NCBI GenBank assembly: GCA_964609095.1
Contig: CAZSQN010000002.1
Location: forward strand, 152,066 to 216,065
Origin: an uncultured Gammaproteobacteria bacterium
GTDB lineage: Bacteria > Patescibacteriota > Patescibacteriia > CAZSQN01
Direction of reading: 5' to 3'
Length of the DNA: 64,000 nucleotides
Shown: piece after piece, positions 31,534 through 39,883 of the stretch
Position numbering within the stretch: the first letter of the stretch is position 1
Layout of the letters: each line of letters opens with the position of its first letter
Made by a program: the position numbers and the translations under genes
Notes under the pieces: model-generated
What the model was told of the DNA's origin: nothing
Seen by the model: only the letters and a program-made list of their open reading frames with translations
The model's database searches: none

Positions 31534-31654
31534 AAATTATTATTGGGTTGTTTTTTATGAGAAGGTTAATTCCCTCTCATTTTTATTATCCGCGGAGCCG
31601 TCTTGGTTTCCCAAACGCCGACCTTTCTGCGCCTGCGGCTTATTAATAATTAAC

Positions 31655-31727
31655 AGCTGTTAGCTGTTAGCTTTTAGCTGTTAGAAGTTTTAAGCCCCTA
31701 AAAGCTATAAGCTACAAGCTAAAAGCT
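31655..31727. repeat. Heptamer tandem-repeat hairpin (TGTTAGC)n...(TAAGCTA)n
   Basis: Nearly identical to 48286-48355 and related to 38391-38451. Confidence 0.75.
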
Positions 31728-32899
31728 TACGGGTTAATAATTCTTGGCGTTGAACTGGATTCGTCTGTTTTTATTTCATCAAAATTTTGCATTTGGAAAC
31801 TGGATGTAGCGCTTCCGTCTTGGCTTTGCGCCCGCACCTTAACTCCGTCTAAATTCAAGCCGCTTCCCTGGCCGGACGAACCTGAACCGGTCAGCGCCGG
31901 AGTTGAAGAATTGCCGCCGGAAGTAAGCGTAACCGTAACCGCCGTTACCGCGCGCACCAATTCCGTGCTTTCTTTAATCTTGCTTAAAGCCGAAACAAAA
32001 TCCCCTTCGGAAATCGCCTCGCGCGCTTCGCCGATAGCTGTTTTAACTTGAGCGGCAGATGACGGGGTTGAAGTGGCGGAAGAATTATCAACCATCTGCT
32101 CCGCTCTTTTTTCTATATCGTTGATTTTATTGGTTACCGAATCCTGGACCTCTTCCATTGATAAAACCGTGGAGCTGGAAGAAGTGTGCGCCACCACCAT
32201 TACTTCAACCGCCTTCACGCTCGCGTCTTCGGCAACTTCTTTTGCTCCCTGCACCATGCCCAGGGCCTCGCCTTCAGAAACCTTTTTTTCAACTTCTCCC
32301 AAAATCTGCTGGTGAACCTCGCTTTTAGCGTCAATTATTTTTGCCATCTGCACGACTTTTTCCGGCTCGCTTTTCGGGTCATCCAGATACTGGCTGGCTG
32401 TTTCCATTTCCTGTTTAAAGTCCTTCACGGCCTTGGCAATCCGGCTTACATTGTTTCCGGAATTGGAATCAGTAATTTTGGAAACCTCCTGCACGCGCCG
32501 GCCGGCAAACTCAATATGAAGTTCGGCTTTGGCCTCGGCATTGCTTGTAAGCCGCACCTGCGCCTCTTCGGTTATTCTTTTAAGGGGATAAAGCAGGTCG
32601 CCCGGAACGCTGTTAAGAGAAGCGGAAACAGTGGTCACGCTGCTGCCAAAAACAATGCCCCCGACAAGCACAATCACGGAAGCAACGCGACCGGCCACGC
32701 GCATATCGTCAATTGGCGCGAACGCGGCAACAACTTCTTTGGCGCGTTCAAGATATGAGAGAGGCCGCGGATTTGGTTCCACGGTATTTTTTACCTGCAT
32801 CATCAAAGTGCTTCTGGACGCCTCAACCCACTCTTTATTCGGCATTCCTAAATCACTTTTTCGCAGGTTCTTAAATTGTTCTTTTAACGCGTCTTTCAT
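31727..32899 (-). CDS. Putative anti-sigma factor (single TM, DUF5667-like domain)
   Basis: TM followed by SVPGDLLYPLKRITE...RRVQE; ATGA-coupled to the ECF sigma gene. Confidence 0.75.
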   Translation of the reverse strand: MKDALKEQFKNLRKSDLGMPNKEWVEASRSTLMMQVKNTVEPNPRPLSYLERAKEVVAAFAPIDDMRVAGRVASVIVLVGGIVFGSSVTTVSASLNSVPGDLLYPLKRITEEAQVRLTSNAEAKAELHIEFAGRRVQEVSKITDSNSGNNVSRIAKAVKDFKQEMETASQYLDDPKSEPEKVVQMAKIIDAKSEVHQQILGEVEKKVSEGEALGMVQGAKEVAEDASVKAVEVMVVAHTSSSSTVLSMEEVQDSVTNKINDIEKRAEQMVDNSSATSTPSSAAQVKTAIGEAREAISEGDFVSALSKIKESTELVRAVTAVTVTLTSGGNSSTPALTGSGSSGQGSGLNLDGVKVRAQSQDGSATSSFQMQNFDEIKTDESSSTPRIINP

Positions 32900-33444
32900 G
32901 ATTTGTTCATTAATTCGCGCAATGTTTTTGAAGCGCGGTGCAATGTTACCCTTACGGCGCCTCTATTTTTATCAAGAATATCCGCTATCTCTCCTACGGA
33001 AAGTCCGTCTATATATTTAAGCTGAACAACTTCCCGATATTCTTCTTTCATCTTGTTCATTGCCGCAAGCAAAAGTCCGAAATCGTGTTTTGTTTCAATC
33101 TCCTTACCCTGCCTGCCTTCGTCTCCAAACATCGCCGCCGGTAATTCCGATTCCGTTAAAACGGACATCGCCTTTTTTCTGTAATGGTCAATCACTAAAT
33201 TGCGCGCGATTTTATAAAGAAAAGACGAAAGCTGTTTTATCTGCTTACCTTCCTGCAAATACTGCCAGGCCCGCAAAAATGTTTCCGAAACCAGATCGCG
33301 CGCCTCTTCCTCTCCCGAAACCTTAAAATAAATAAACCGATAGATTCGGTTTACGTATTCATCATAGACCTTTCCATACGCCTCCGGGTCCTTGCGGCTC
33401 GTTATGCGGAAAAGCAGGAGTTTTTCTTTTATATACTTGTTCAT
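32896..33444 (-). CDS. ECF RNA polymerase sigma factor
   Basis: Region 2 (DLVSETFLRAW, LYKIARNLVIDHYRK) and region 4 HTH (EIADILDKNRGAVRVTLHRA). Confidence 0.93.
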   Translation of the reverse strand: MNKYIKEKLLLFRITSRKDPEAYGKVYDEYVNRIYRFIYFKVSGEEEARDLVSETFLRAWQYLQEGKQIKQLSSFLYKIARNLVIDHYRKKAMSVLTESELPAAMFGDEGRQGKEIETKHDFGLLLAAMNKMKEEYREVVQLKYIDGLSVGEIADILDKNRGAVRVTLHRASKTLRELMNKS

Positions 33445-33450
33445 GTATTA

Positions 33451-33477
33451 AGACGGAAAAAATTGATAAACGTTACA
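33451..33477 (-). promoter_or_regulatory. ECF-type autoregulatory promoter TGTAAC-N16-CGTCT
   Basis: Matches the AAC/CGT ECF consensus, 6 nt upstream of the sigma ATG (implies leaderless mRNA). Confidence 0.65.
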
Positions 33478-33657
33478 GCGGTTAAAGGCATTAGACATTA
33501 TATTGCTATATATAAAGCCATTTGCCGGATAAAATCAAGATGTTGATAAAAGATATCCGGCTGATTCTGAATGATTTATCTATATGTGGATAAATATGAT
33601 TTGCCAATTCCCATATTATTTGTATATACTAATATATACAAATAATAAATACTACTT

Positions 33658-33951
33658 ATGAACCAACCCGATAATGTAATAAGATTATCAATCAGCGAAG
33701 CAGGCCGGATTTTTGGTGTTAATCCGCAAACAATAAGACGGGCGATTAAAGCGCGGGAAGTGACTTATGTTGTGGTAAGGGGGCGCTATAAACTCAATTT
33801 TGAAAGTATTCTTAAATGGTCGCAAAAGCATGCCGGGGTTAAAAACAAACTGCAAAACCGCGGCATTGGGCAATTTGTTTCCGGTTGGAAAATAAACAAT
33901 CCCTTATACTCGCCAAATCCGGCTATTTTTAAAAAAACAAATGACAAATAA
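33658..33951 (+). CDS. Small helix-turn-helix (excisionase/MerR-like) DNA-binding protein
   Basis: LSISEAGRIFGVNPQTIRRAIK. Confidence 0.8.
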   Translation: MNQPDNVIRLSISEAGRIFGVNPQTIRRAIKAREVTYVVVRGRYKLNFESILKWSQKHAGVKNKLQNRGIGQFVSGWKINNPLYSPNPAIFKKTNDK

Positions 33952-34037
33952 AAAACGCTTGAGAGGTCTGGCATATAAACCAAAAAGAGGAGGAGGACTT
34001 CTTGGCAATACACCAAACCAATCAAGCGTTTTTTGTT
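33950..34037 (-). ncRNA. Candidate hairpin sRNA with UCCUCCUCCU apical loop
   Basis: Promoter TTGACG-17-TAAGGT (34044-34072); long stem whose G-U pairs only work on the minus strand; U-tail. Confidence 0.5.
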
Positions 34038-34072
34038 AGTTTGACCTTACTATAAAAATCTATATTCGTCAA

Positions 34073-34226
34073 CCCCGCACATAACCCTGAACTCATTTAG
34101 GATTTCGCCAATTGTCATTCCCGCGAAAGCGGGAATCCACAATTGGCAAATTAATAATTTGAGCGCCTGGATTCCCGTTTACACGGGAATGACAGGCCAA
34201 AGTTTTTGTCAATTTTATGTGCGGGG
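34073..34226. mobile_element. CCCCGCACATAA-family element with nested dRS3-like doublet (34113-34194)
   Basis: TIRs plus TSD TCAA (34069-72, 34227-30); one TSD copy is a stop codon, the other is part of a -35 box. Confidence 0.85.
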
Positions 34227-35294
34227 TCAAGGCCGTGCTTTTAAGGTAATTTCTTTTGTTTCTTCGCGGCCGTCTTTGCGGCGGATGGCAAAACGCGCTG
34301 ACGCTCCGACGGGATATTCCGCGATCCGTTCTGACAAACTTATTTTCGCGGTTAGCTCGTCATCATCAATTTTTAAGATAACATCTCCGTCTTCCAATCC
34401 CGCGAGCTGCGCCGGGCCTCCTCTAACCGCTCCGCGGCGGCCGCCTGACGAAGCAATCAACGCTCCGCGCTCGCCATCCTCGCGCTTTGACAAAGTCGCT
34501 CCGAGGTCAATATAATTTACGCCCAAGAAAGGACGGGCTATCTTCCCCTGGCGCAAAAGCTCTCTAAATGCCGGCGACAGGTATTCAAAAGGAATGGCTG
34601 TCCCCCGCAAGGGATCGGTTAGCACGCCGACAAGATTGCTTTTTTCGTCAAACAACGGGCCGCCGGGCAGATTAATATCTTTTGTTCCCGAAACAAAAAC
34701 TGATTTTTTTGTTTTTTCGGATGATTGAATTTCATTTGCCTCGCCATTGATATAATTGATTCCTAAAAATTTAGGGCGATAGACATTCTTGAGATAATCA
34801 ACCGCCAGAAGTTCCGCGCCGGGGGAAAGCTCCCTGCTACTGCCGCCGCCGACTGCCGCGAATCTTTCTCCTTTAATGCGGAGAAAGGCCGCGTCAGTTG
34901 CCGTATCATAAATAATTGATTCAACCTGATGCGGCGCCCTATCCCCGGTCACGGCCAAAATTTTAGCCGTTCCCAAACGCGCGACTTTGGAAGTGGTAAC
35001 AGCCCAGCCGTCGGAAGTAAGCATGGCGCCATAGCCAAGCTGGTCATCATAGGTCGGCGGCGCCTTGCCGCGATTCACGTAAAAGGTGACGAGGCCAAGG
35101 TTAGCTCTTTCAATCTTGTCATTTTCTTTTTCCAATCCGCCGCGGTCAACCGGAGGCCTTAAAAAACTTTCTTTAATCCCGTAAACAGGCGCGTAAACGC
35201 CGGCGATAATAAGGCCGCCCAAAATGCCGGAGATTAAACCGAAAACAGAGGAAAGAAAAATAATTTTTAAAATTTTCCACCTAAATTGGGGCAT
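34227..35294 (-). CDS. HtrA/DegP-like trypsin-fold + PDZ protein, catalytically degenerate
   Basis: TM anchor, LTSDG, RPFLGV, PAQLAGLEDGDVILKID; His and Ser motifs replaced (TTSKV, NLPGGP). Confidence 0.8.
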   Translation of the reverse strand: MPQFRWKILKIIFLSSVFGLISGILGGLIIAGVYAPVYGIKESFLRPPVDRGGLEKENDKIERANLGLVTFYVNRGKAPPTYDDQLGYGAMLTSDGWAVTTSKVARLGTAKILAVTGDRAPHQVESIIYDTATDAAFLRIKGERFAAVGGGSSRELSPGAELLAVDYLKNVYRPKFLGINYINGEANEIQSSEKTKKSVFVSGTKDINLPGGPLFDEKSNLVGVLTDPLRGTAIPFEYLSPAFRELLRQGKIARPFLGVNYIDLGATLSKREDGERGALIASSGGRRGAVRGGPAQLAGLEDGDVILKIDDDELTAKISLSERIAEYPVGASARFAIRRKDGREETKEITLKARP

Positions 35295-35295
35295 A

Positions 35296-35427
35296 CCCCG
35301 CACACAACTTGTTTAATCCAATCATATCACGAATGATATGCATTTAATTAACCAAGCCATGTTAATGATTTTTGTTTCTCATTAAGAAGAACATAAAATA
35401 TAAGCTATAAGCAGGTTGTGTGCGGGG
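35296..35427. mobile_element. CCCCGCAC-family element
   Basis: TIR ccccgcacacaac/gttgtgtgcgggg plus TSD CATA (35292-95, 35428-31) at the start codon. Confidence 0.85.
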
Positions 35428-35494
35428 CATATCCGTCTAAATTTTTCGCTTTAATTTTAATTAAAATTGTTCCGCCCGCCTAAGAGCGAAAAAC

Positions 35495-36265
35495 TTAGGC
35501 GGGCCACTCCGCGCTTGCGGCAACAAGCGCCAGCGCCAGAGCCGCGAAAAATAAATTTCTCGCAAATATCCTCTTATCCAAACGCCCTTCCGTCTTTAAC
35601 CGGTAAAGATTCAAAAAAACAGCCAGGGGAATCGCCGTAAACGCGCCGTTAACCGCGAGCGAGGTCGGCAGGCCGTAAACGGCGATAAATATCTGCGGAG
35701 CAAAAAGAGCCAGCCAAAACGACCTAAAAGCAATATCACCCGCCGTAAGCTGGTCCCCCGCCGTCAAGGCGCTGCCTAAAAAAGCGCGATGAAAAAACAG
35801 CGACACCAAAAATATTATTGCCAAAAGAGGCGGCAGAGGAGCGTTCAAGAATATCTTTAAGCCAAACATGGCGGCGCTGGCCCAAAACACCGTGGCCGCG
35901 TAAGACAAAATAATAAATCCGGAAATCGCGCCAGGCTCTTTTTCCTTGCCGGTTGCCTTAAGAAAACGCAGCTGCTCAACCATAAAAACCAGCATGCCGG
36001 AGAGAGCCGCGGCCATCAAATGGCGCGGCGCCGTCCTTTCGGTAAAAAGAAGAAAGCCAAAAGCCGAGGCAATAAGCAATATCTGGCTTAAAAGCACAAT
36101 CCGCAATTGCCCTGACCATTTTCTCTCATAAATTCCCCAAAGAGAAAAGGCCGTTGCCAAAAGCAGAAGCAAAAACGCCGGTATAAAAAAGATCGGCCTT
36201 CGAGCCGCCGCCTCCACGCTTAGAAAAGCGAAAATCCCGACCAAATACGGCAATAGCTGGCGCAT
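35495..36265 (-). CDS. Multi-pass membrane protein of unknown function
   Basis: About 8 hydrophobic segments; 4 nt downstream of the AI-2E gene. Confidence 0.7.
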   Translation of the reverse strand: MRQLLPYLVGIFAFLSVEAAARRPIFFIPAFLLLLLATAFSLWGIYERKWSGQLRIVLLSQILLIASAFGFLLFTERTAPRHLMAAALSGMLVFMVEQLRFLKATGKEKEPGAISGFIILSYAATVFWASAAMFGLKIFLNAPLPPLLAIIFLVSLFFHRAFLGSALTAGDQLTAGDIAFRSFWLALFAPQIFIAVYGLPTSLAVNGAFTAIPLAVFLNLYRLKTEGRLDKRIFARNLFFAALALALVAASAEWPA

Positions 36266-36269
36266 ATTG

Positions 36270-37316
36270 CTAAACGCTATTAGTCATGCCGCGATACTTG
36301 CTTGGAAAAAGCTCGGAAATAAGCGCGTCCAAGGCGGTGACAACCGGGATGGCAAAAAGAACGCCCATTATTCCGGCAAGCCGCGCGCCAACAAGCACGG
36401 CTATGACGGAAATCACCGGATTGATGCCAACCGCTTTTTGCATTACCTTTGGCACCAGGATGTTATTTTCAACCTGCTGAATAACAAAATAAAGAATAAT
36501 AACCAGCATTGCTTTAAGAGGCGATACGGAAAAAGCCAGAAGAACCGCCGGAATGGCCGAAACAATAGGCCCGATATAAGGTATAAACTCAAGCAGGCCG
36601 GCCAACAGCCCCAGGACCAGCGCGTAGTTTACGCCAAGGATAAGCAGGCCGATATAAGCCATCAAACCTATAATCAAAGACAAAATAATCTGGCCGCGCA
36701 GCCATGACCCGACTTTCTTTTGTATTTTCAAAAGAAGCTGTGAAAGCAGGACATGATACTGCTCCGGCGCGATAGCCCGCGCCATTCTCTTTAACGCGCC
36801 CTCTTCAACCACTAAATAGAAAGAAATGACCAGGAACACTATCAGGGAAACAAGGCCGGAGACCGCGCCGGAAATCGTGCTAAACACGCCGCCCGCCGCC
36901 CTTGCCAGACCTGATTCAACGGCTGAAATTCCGCTTTCAATATTTTCTAAAATTCCGTATTTTTGCCCAAACTCCCTGATGCTGCCGGCCTGGTCAAGCA
37001 ATCTTTCCAGAAGACGCGCCAAACTGGCGACAAATTCGCGCATCTGGTCAAAAAGCGGAGGAACAAGAAGAGTGACCACAAGCACCAGCGCTCCCAAAAG
37101 GCCGGCGTAAATAGCCAGTACGCCCAAAGCCCTTGGTATGCGCTTTCTCTCGCACCAATCAGCCGCCGGATCCATTACCGCCGCCAGAATAAGCGAGGCA
37201 AAAAGAATGGCTATAATGTCCCTGATGACATATAAAAACCAAAAAAACAACAAAACCGCGGCGATCTGAAACAATGTCCCTGTTTTTATGCCAATGTAAG
37301 TTTTTCCGTCAGCCAT
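36270..37316 (-). CDS. AI-2E family (PerM/UPF0118) transporter
   Basis: WLRGQ, FIPYIGP, QQVENNILVPKVM, GVLFAIP. Confidence 0.92.
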   Translation of the reverse strand: MADGKTYIGIKTGTLFQIAAVLLFFWFLYVIRDIIAILFASLILAAVMDPAADWCERKRIPRALGVLAIYAGLLGALVLVVTLLVPPLFDQMREFVASLARLLERLLDQAGSIREFGQKYGILENIESGISAVESGLARAAGGVFSTISGAVSGLVSLIVFLVISFYLVVEEGALKRMARAIAPEQYHVLLSQLLLKIQKKVGSWLRGQIILSLIIGLMAYIGLLILGVNYALVLGLLAGLLEFIPYIGPIVSAIPAVLLAFSVSPLKAMLVIILYFVIQQVENNILVPKVMQKAVGINPVISVIAVLVGARLAGIMGVLFAIPVVTALDALISELFPSKYRGMTNSV

Positions 37317-37317
37317 A

Positions 37318-37479
37318 TAGCTGGTATTAGGTTTATAAAAAATTGTTTATAAATTTAGCCAAAAATTTAGGTTTAAACTTTGCCAGTTATCTGTCATTCC
37401 CGCGAAAGCGGGAATCTACGGGTTCAAATTCTGGATTCCCGCTTTCGCGGGAATGACAATGGAAACCTAATATCAGTTA
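37318..37479. mobile_element. Second copy of the composite repeat with dRS3-like doublet (37392-37458)
   Basis: Near-identical to 27501-27665; abuts the AI-2E start codon. Confidence 0.8.
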
Positions 37480-37546
37480 ATAATAATTTAATGATACCAA
37501 AAATCAACTATTAGTCAAACGGTTTCCAACTTGCTATAACAGATAT

Positions 37547-37993
37547 ATGAACGATCTGGCAACAAACAAAAACGCGAGTTATGATTATGAAATCTTGGAA
37601 CGGTTTGAGGCGGGTTTAATATTGTTCGGCCACGAGGTCAAATCAGCCAAAGGCGGCGGAGCATCGCTTAAAGGGTCTTATGTCATCATCCGGGGCAACA
37701 AGGCGTCTCTTATAGGCAGCCACATAGCCAGATGGAAACCAGCCGGAGTTATCCCTGGTTATGACCCGGAACGCTCCCGCGAACTTCTTTTGCGCAAAAA
37801 GGAGTTAAAATACCTCCTGGGAAAAACCGCTGAAAAAGGCTTGACGGCGGTGCCGCTTAGGATGTATACTAAATCGGGCAAAATAAAGCTTGAATTTGCC
37901 CTTGCCCGCCATAAAAAGAAATATGAAAAGCGGGAGAAAATAAAAGAAAGAGAAGTTAAAAGAATTATCGGAAGCGCCGTAAGGCGCACCTAA
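37547..37993 (+). CDS. smpB: SsrA-binding protein
   Basis: NKNASYDY, EAGLILFGHEVKS, RELLL, KKYEKRE; TGCTATAAC -10 just upstream suggests leaderless mRNA. Confidence 0.96.
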   Translation: MNDLATNKNASYDYEILERFEAGLILFGHEVKSAKGGGASLKGSYVIIRGNKASLIGSHIARWKPAGVIPGYDPERSRELLLRKKELKYLLGKTAEKGLTAVPLRMYTKSGKIKLEFALARHKKKYEKREKIKEREVKRIIGSAVRRT

Positions 37994-37996
37994 TGG

Positions 37997-38382
37997 GGGG
38001 ATGCAGGGTTTCGATCAGGAAGTTCCTTTAAACAATCACGTCGGGGGCCATACCCCGTTATAAATAGGAATCTATTACGTGCAAACGTATTTTCTAGAGT
38101 GAAGAGCGCGTTGGCGAAAGCTTTTGCGACTCCTTCGCTCGTTATGGTCGCGGCCTAAAACCGCTTCCCATCCGCCCTGTTGACGTCCGATAAATAGGGG
38201 CCGGGTGTCATATTTCGGGCCTTTGCGCAAAGCATCCTCGTATGCGAATCGTAGATTAGAGGATCGGACGCGATGAACTCTGTCCGCCTTTATCATCGCG
38301 TTCAAAATTGAGACGGACTAACGTGCAGTATTGTTTAAATTCTCTTCTTGAGACGCGGGTTCAACTCCCGCCATCTCCACCA
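37997..38382 (+). ncRNA. ssrA: tmRNA
   Basis: 5' GGGGATG pairs with 3' CATCTCC-A-CCA (G3-U wobble); T-arm GCGGGTTCAACTCCCGC; tag frame 38081-38158 ending VAA*; directly after smpB. Confidence 0.95.
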
Positions 38383-38390
38383 AAATAACG

Positions 38391-38451
38391 AGCTTTTAGC
38401 TGTTAGCTTATAGAATTTCCTATAAGCTATAAGCTATAAGCTATAAGCTAA
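38391..38451. repeat. Heptamer tandem-repeat hairpin
   Basis: (TTAGCT)-type units inverted against (TATAAGC)x4, filling the ssrA-infC spacer. Confidence 0.75.
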
Positions 38452-38456
38452 GTTTA

Positions 38457-39008
38457 ATGAGAATTTCCAGAAGAAAACGATTTGTAAAACCGGATGTTCC
38501 GCACTATCGCGTCAATGAGCAGCTGCGGCTAATACCCGAAGTGCGGATAATTGATGAAAATGGCGTTCACATTGGAGTAATGCCAACCGACCAAGCGCTA
38601 AAACTGGCATTAGAGCGCGGATATGATTTGGTTGAAGTTTCGCCAAAAGAAACCCCTCCCATCGCCAGATTGCTTGACTTCGGACAATTCAAATACGAAA
38701 AAGAAAAAGAAGCGCGCAAGCAGAAAGCGCGTTCGCACAATGTGGAGGTTAAAGGCGTGCGGCTTTCTTTGCGCATCGGTGCCCACGATATGGAAGTGCG
38801 GCGCGAACAAGCCAAGCGATTTTTGGAAAAAGGAGACAAGGTTCAGATAGAGATTGTCTTGCGCGGACGCGAACGGCAATTTACCGACATAGCCAAGGGG
38901 GTTATGGACAAATTCATGGAATTGGTTAAAAATGATTTTGACATTGCGGTTGAGCAGCCGTTTGCCAAACAAGGCGGCCGGCTGACAATGGTCATCGGAA
39001 GGAAATAA
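38457..39008 (+). CDS. infC: Translation initiation factor IF-3
   Basis: DLVEVSP, DFGQFKYE, FLEKGDKV, LRGRE. Confidence 0.97.
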   Translation: MRISRRKRFVKPDVPHYRVNEQLRLIPEVRIIDENGVHIGVMPTDQALKLALERGYDLVEVSPKETPPIARLLDFGQFKYEKEKEARKQKARSHNVEVKGVRLSLRIGAHDMEVRREQAKRFLEKGDKVQIEIVLRGRERQFTDIAKGVMDKFMELVKNDFDIAVEQPFAKQGGRLTMVIGRK

Positions 39009-39010
39009 AT

Positions 39011-39085
39011 ATAGGGTATAGGGTTTAGCGTTTAGGGTTTAGAAAAATTCACTGAACGCTATACGCTAACCGCTGAACGCTAAAA
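39011..39085. repeat. Heptamer tandem-repeat hairpin (GGGTTTA/GCGTTTA ... AACGCTA)
   Basis: Fills the infC-rpmI spacer; similar copy at 39287-39358. Confidence 0.75.
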
Positions 39086-39088
39086 TCT

Positions 39089-39283
39089 ATGAAACTAAAA
39101 ACCCAAAAAACCGTTGCTAAAAGATACAGAATCACCAAAAGCGGGAAGATTATGCGCAAAACCTCCGGGCAGGACCATTTTAACGCGCGCGAATCAGGCA
39201 ATGTAACGCGGGCCAAACGTTCCGACGCTCCCGCGCACCAAACAGATTTGAAATCAATTAAACAATATATACCGTATCGGTAA
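39089..39283 (+). CDS. rpmI: 50S ribosomal protein L35
   Basis: MKLKT..AKRY.ITKSGK; synteny infC-rpmI-rplT. Confidence 0.95.
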   Translation: MKLKTQKTVAKRYRITKSGKIMRKTSGQDHFNARESGNVTRAKRSDAPAHQTDLKSIKQYIPYR

Positions 39284-39286
39284 TTA

Positions 39287-39358
39287 AAGGGTAGAGGGTT
39301 TAGCGTTTAGGGTTTAGGCAAAAAAATCTAACCGCTAAACGCTAACCGCTAAACGCTA
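39287..39358. repeat. Heptamer tandem-repeat hairpin
   Basis: gggtttagcgtttagggtttag ... ctaaacgctaaccgctaaacgc fills the rpmI-rplT spacer. Confidence 0.75.
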
Positions 39359-39364
39359 TTATTT

Positions 39365-39709
39365 ATGCCGCGAGTCAAACGAGGAACGCATAGGATAAAA
39401 AGACGCAAAAACATCTTAAAACGGGTAAAGGGCTACCGCTGGGGCAGAAAGAGCAAAATCACCCTGGCCAAAACTGCGGCGCTTAAAGCCGGCCGCTATG
39501 CTTATCGCGACCGTCGGCGTCTAAAGCGCGACAAGCGCTCTCTTTGGATTGTCCGGCTTAACGCCGCCTTGCGCGAACAGGGAACGCACTACGCGCCGTT
39601 TATCCATCAGCTTAAAACCGCCAATGTGCTTTTGGACAGAAAAATCCTTTCCGAACTTGCGGCGCATTACGGTCCGGTATTCAATGAGATATTAAAACGG
39701 GTAAAATAA
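39365..39709 (+). CDS. rplT: 50S ribosomal protein L20
   Basis: MPRVKRG, YAYRDRR, LWIVRLNAA, DRKILSELA. Confidence 0.97.
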   Translation: MPRVKRGTHRIKRRKNILKRVKGYRWGRKSKITLAKTAALKAGRYAYRDRRRLKRDKRSLWIVRLNAALREQGTHYAPFIHQLKTANVLLDRKILSELAAHYGPVFNEILKRVK

Positions 39710-39843
39710 AGCGTCCATCCCGCCGTCGCGGGATGGCATCTGGGCGCTTTTCCGCGCAATGTGTCGGCTCCGCCGACTGTATTTATAAGGCCTTTTATCC
39801 ACTGCCTTACGACCGCGAATAAAAGACATCGCGGTAAACAAAT

Positions 39844-39883
39844 AAAAAAATCCCCTCCGAACTTATTCGGAGGGGTTTTGTTT
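39844..39883. terminator. Bidirectional intrinsic terminator
   Basis: A7-cccctccgaa..ttcggagggg-tttt between convergent genes. Confidence 0.75.

Noticed and set aside
33658-33951. Excisionase-like HTH as evidence of a prophage or ICE
   Set aside because: No integrase or mobile genes nearby; context is chromosomal
38383-38456. Island integrated at the tmRNA 3' end
   Set aside because: ssrA is followed directly by infC, and I saw no duplicated ssrA 3' fragment in the window
39011-39358. GGGTTTA units as telomere-like or eukaryotic contamination
   Set aside because: Short degenerate units form hairpins inside an intact bacterial infC-rpmI-rplT operon
39710-39840. Hairpins after rplT as an ncRNA
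   Set aside because: Only short palindromes with no promoter or recognisable motif; probably REP-like remnants
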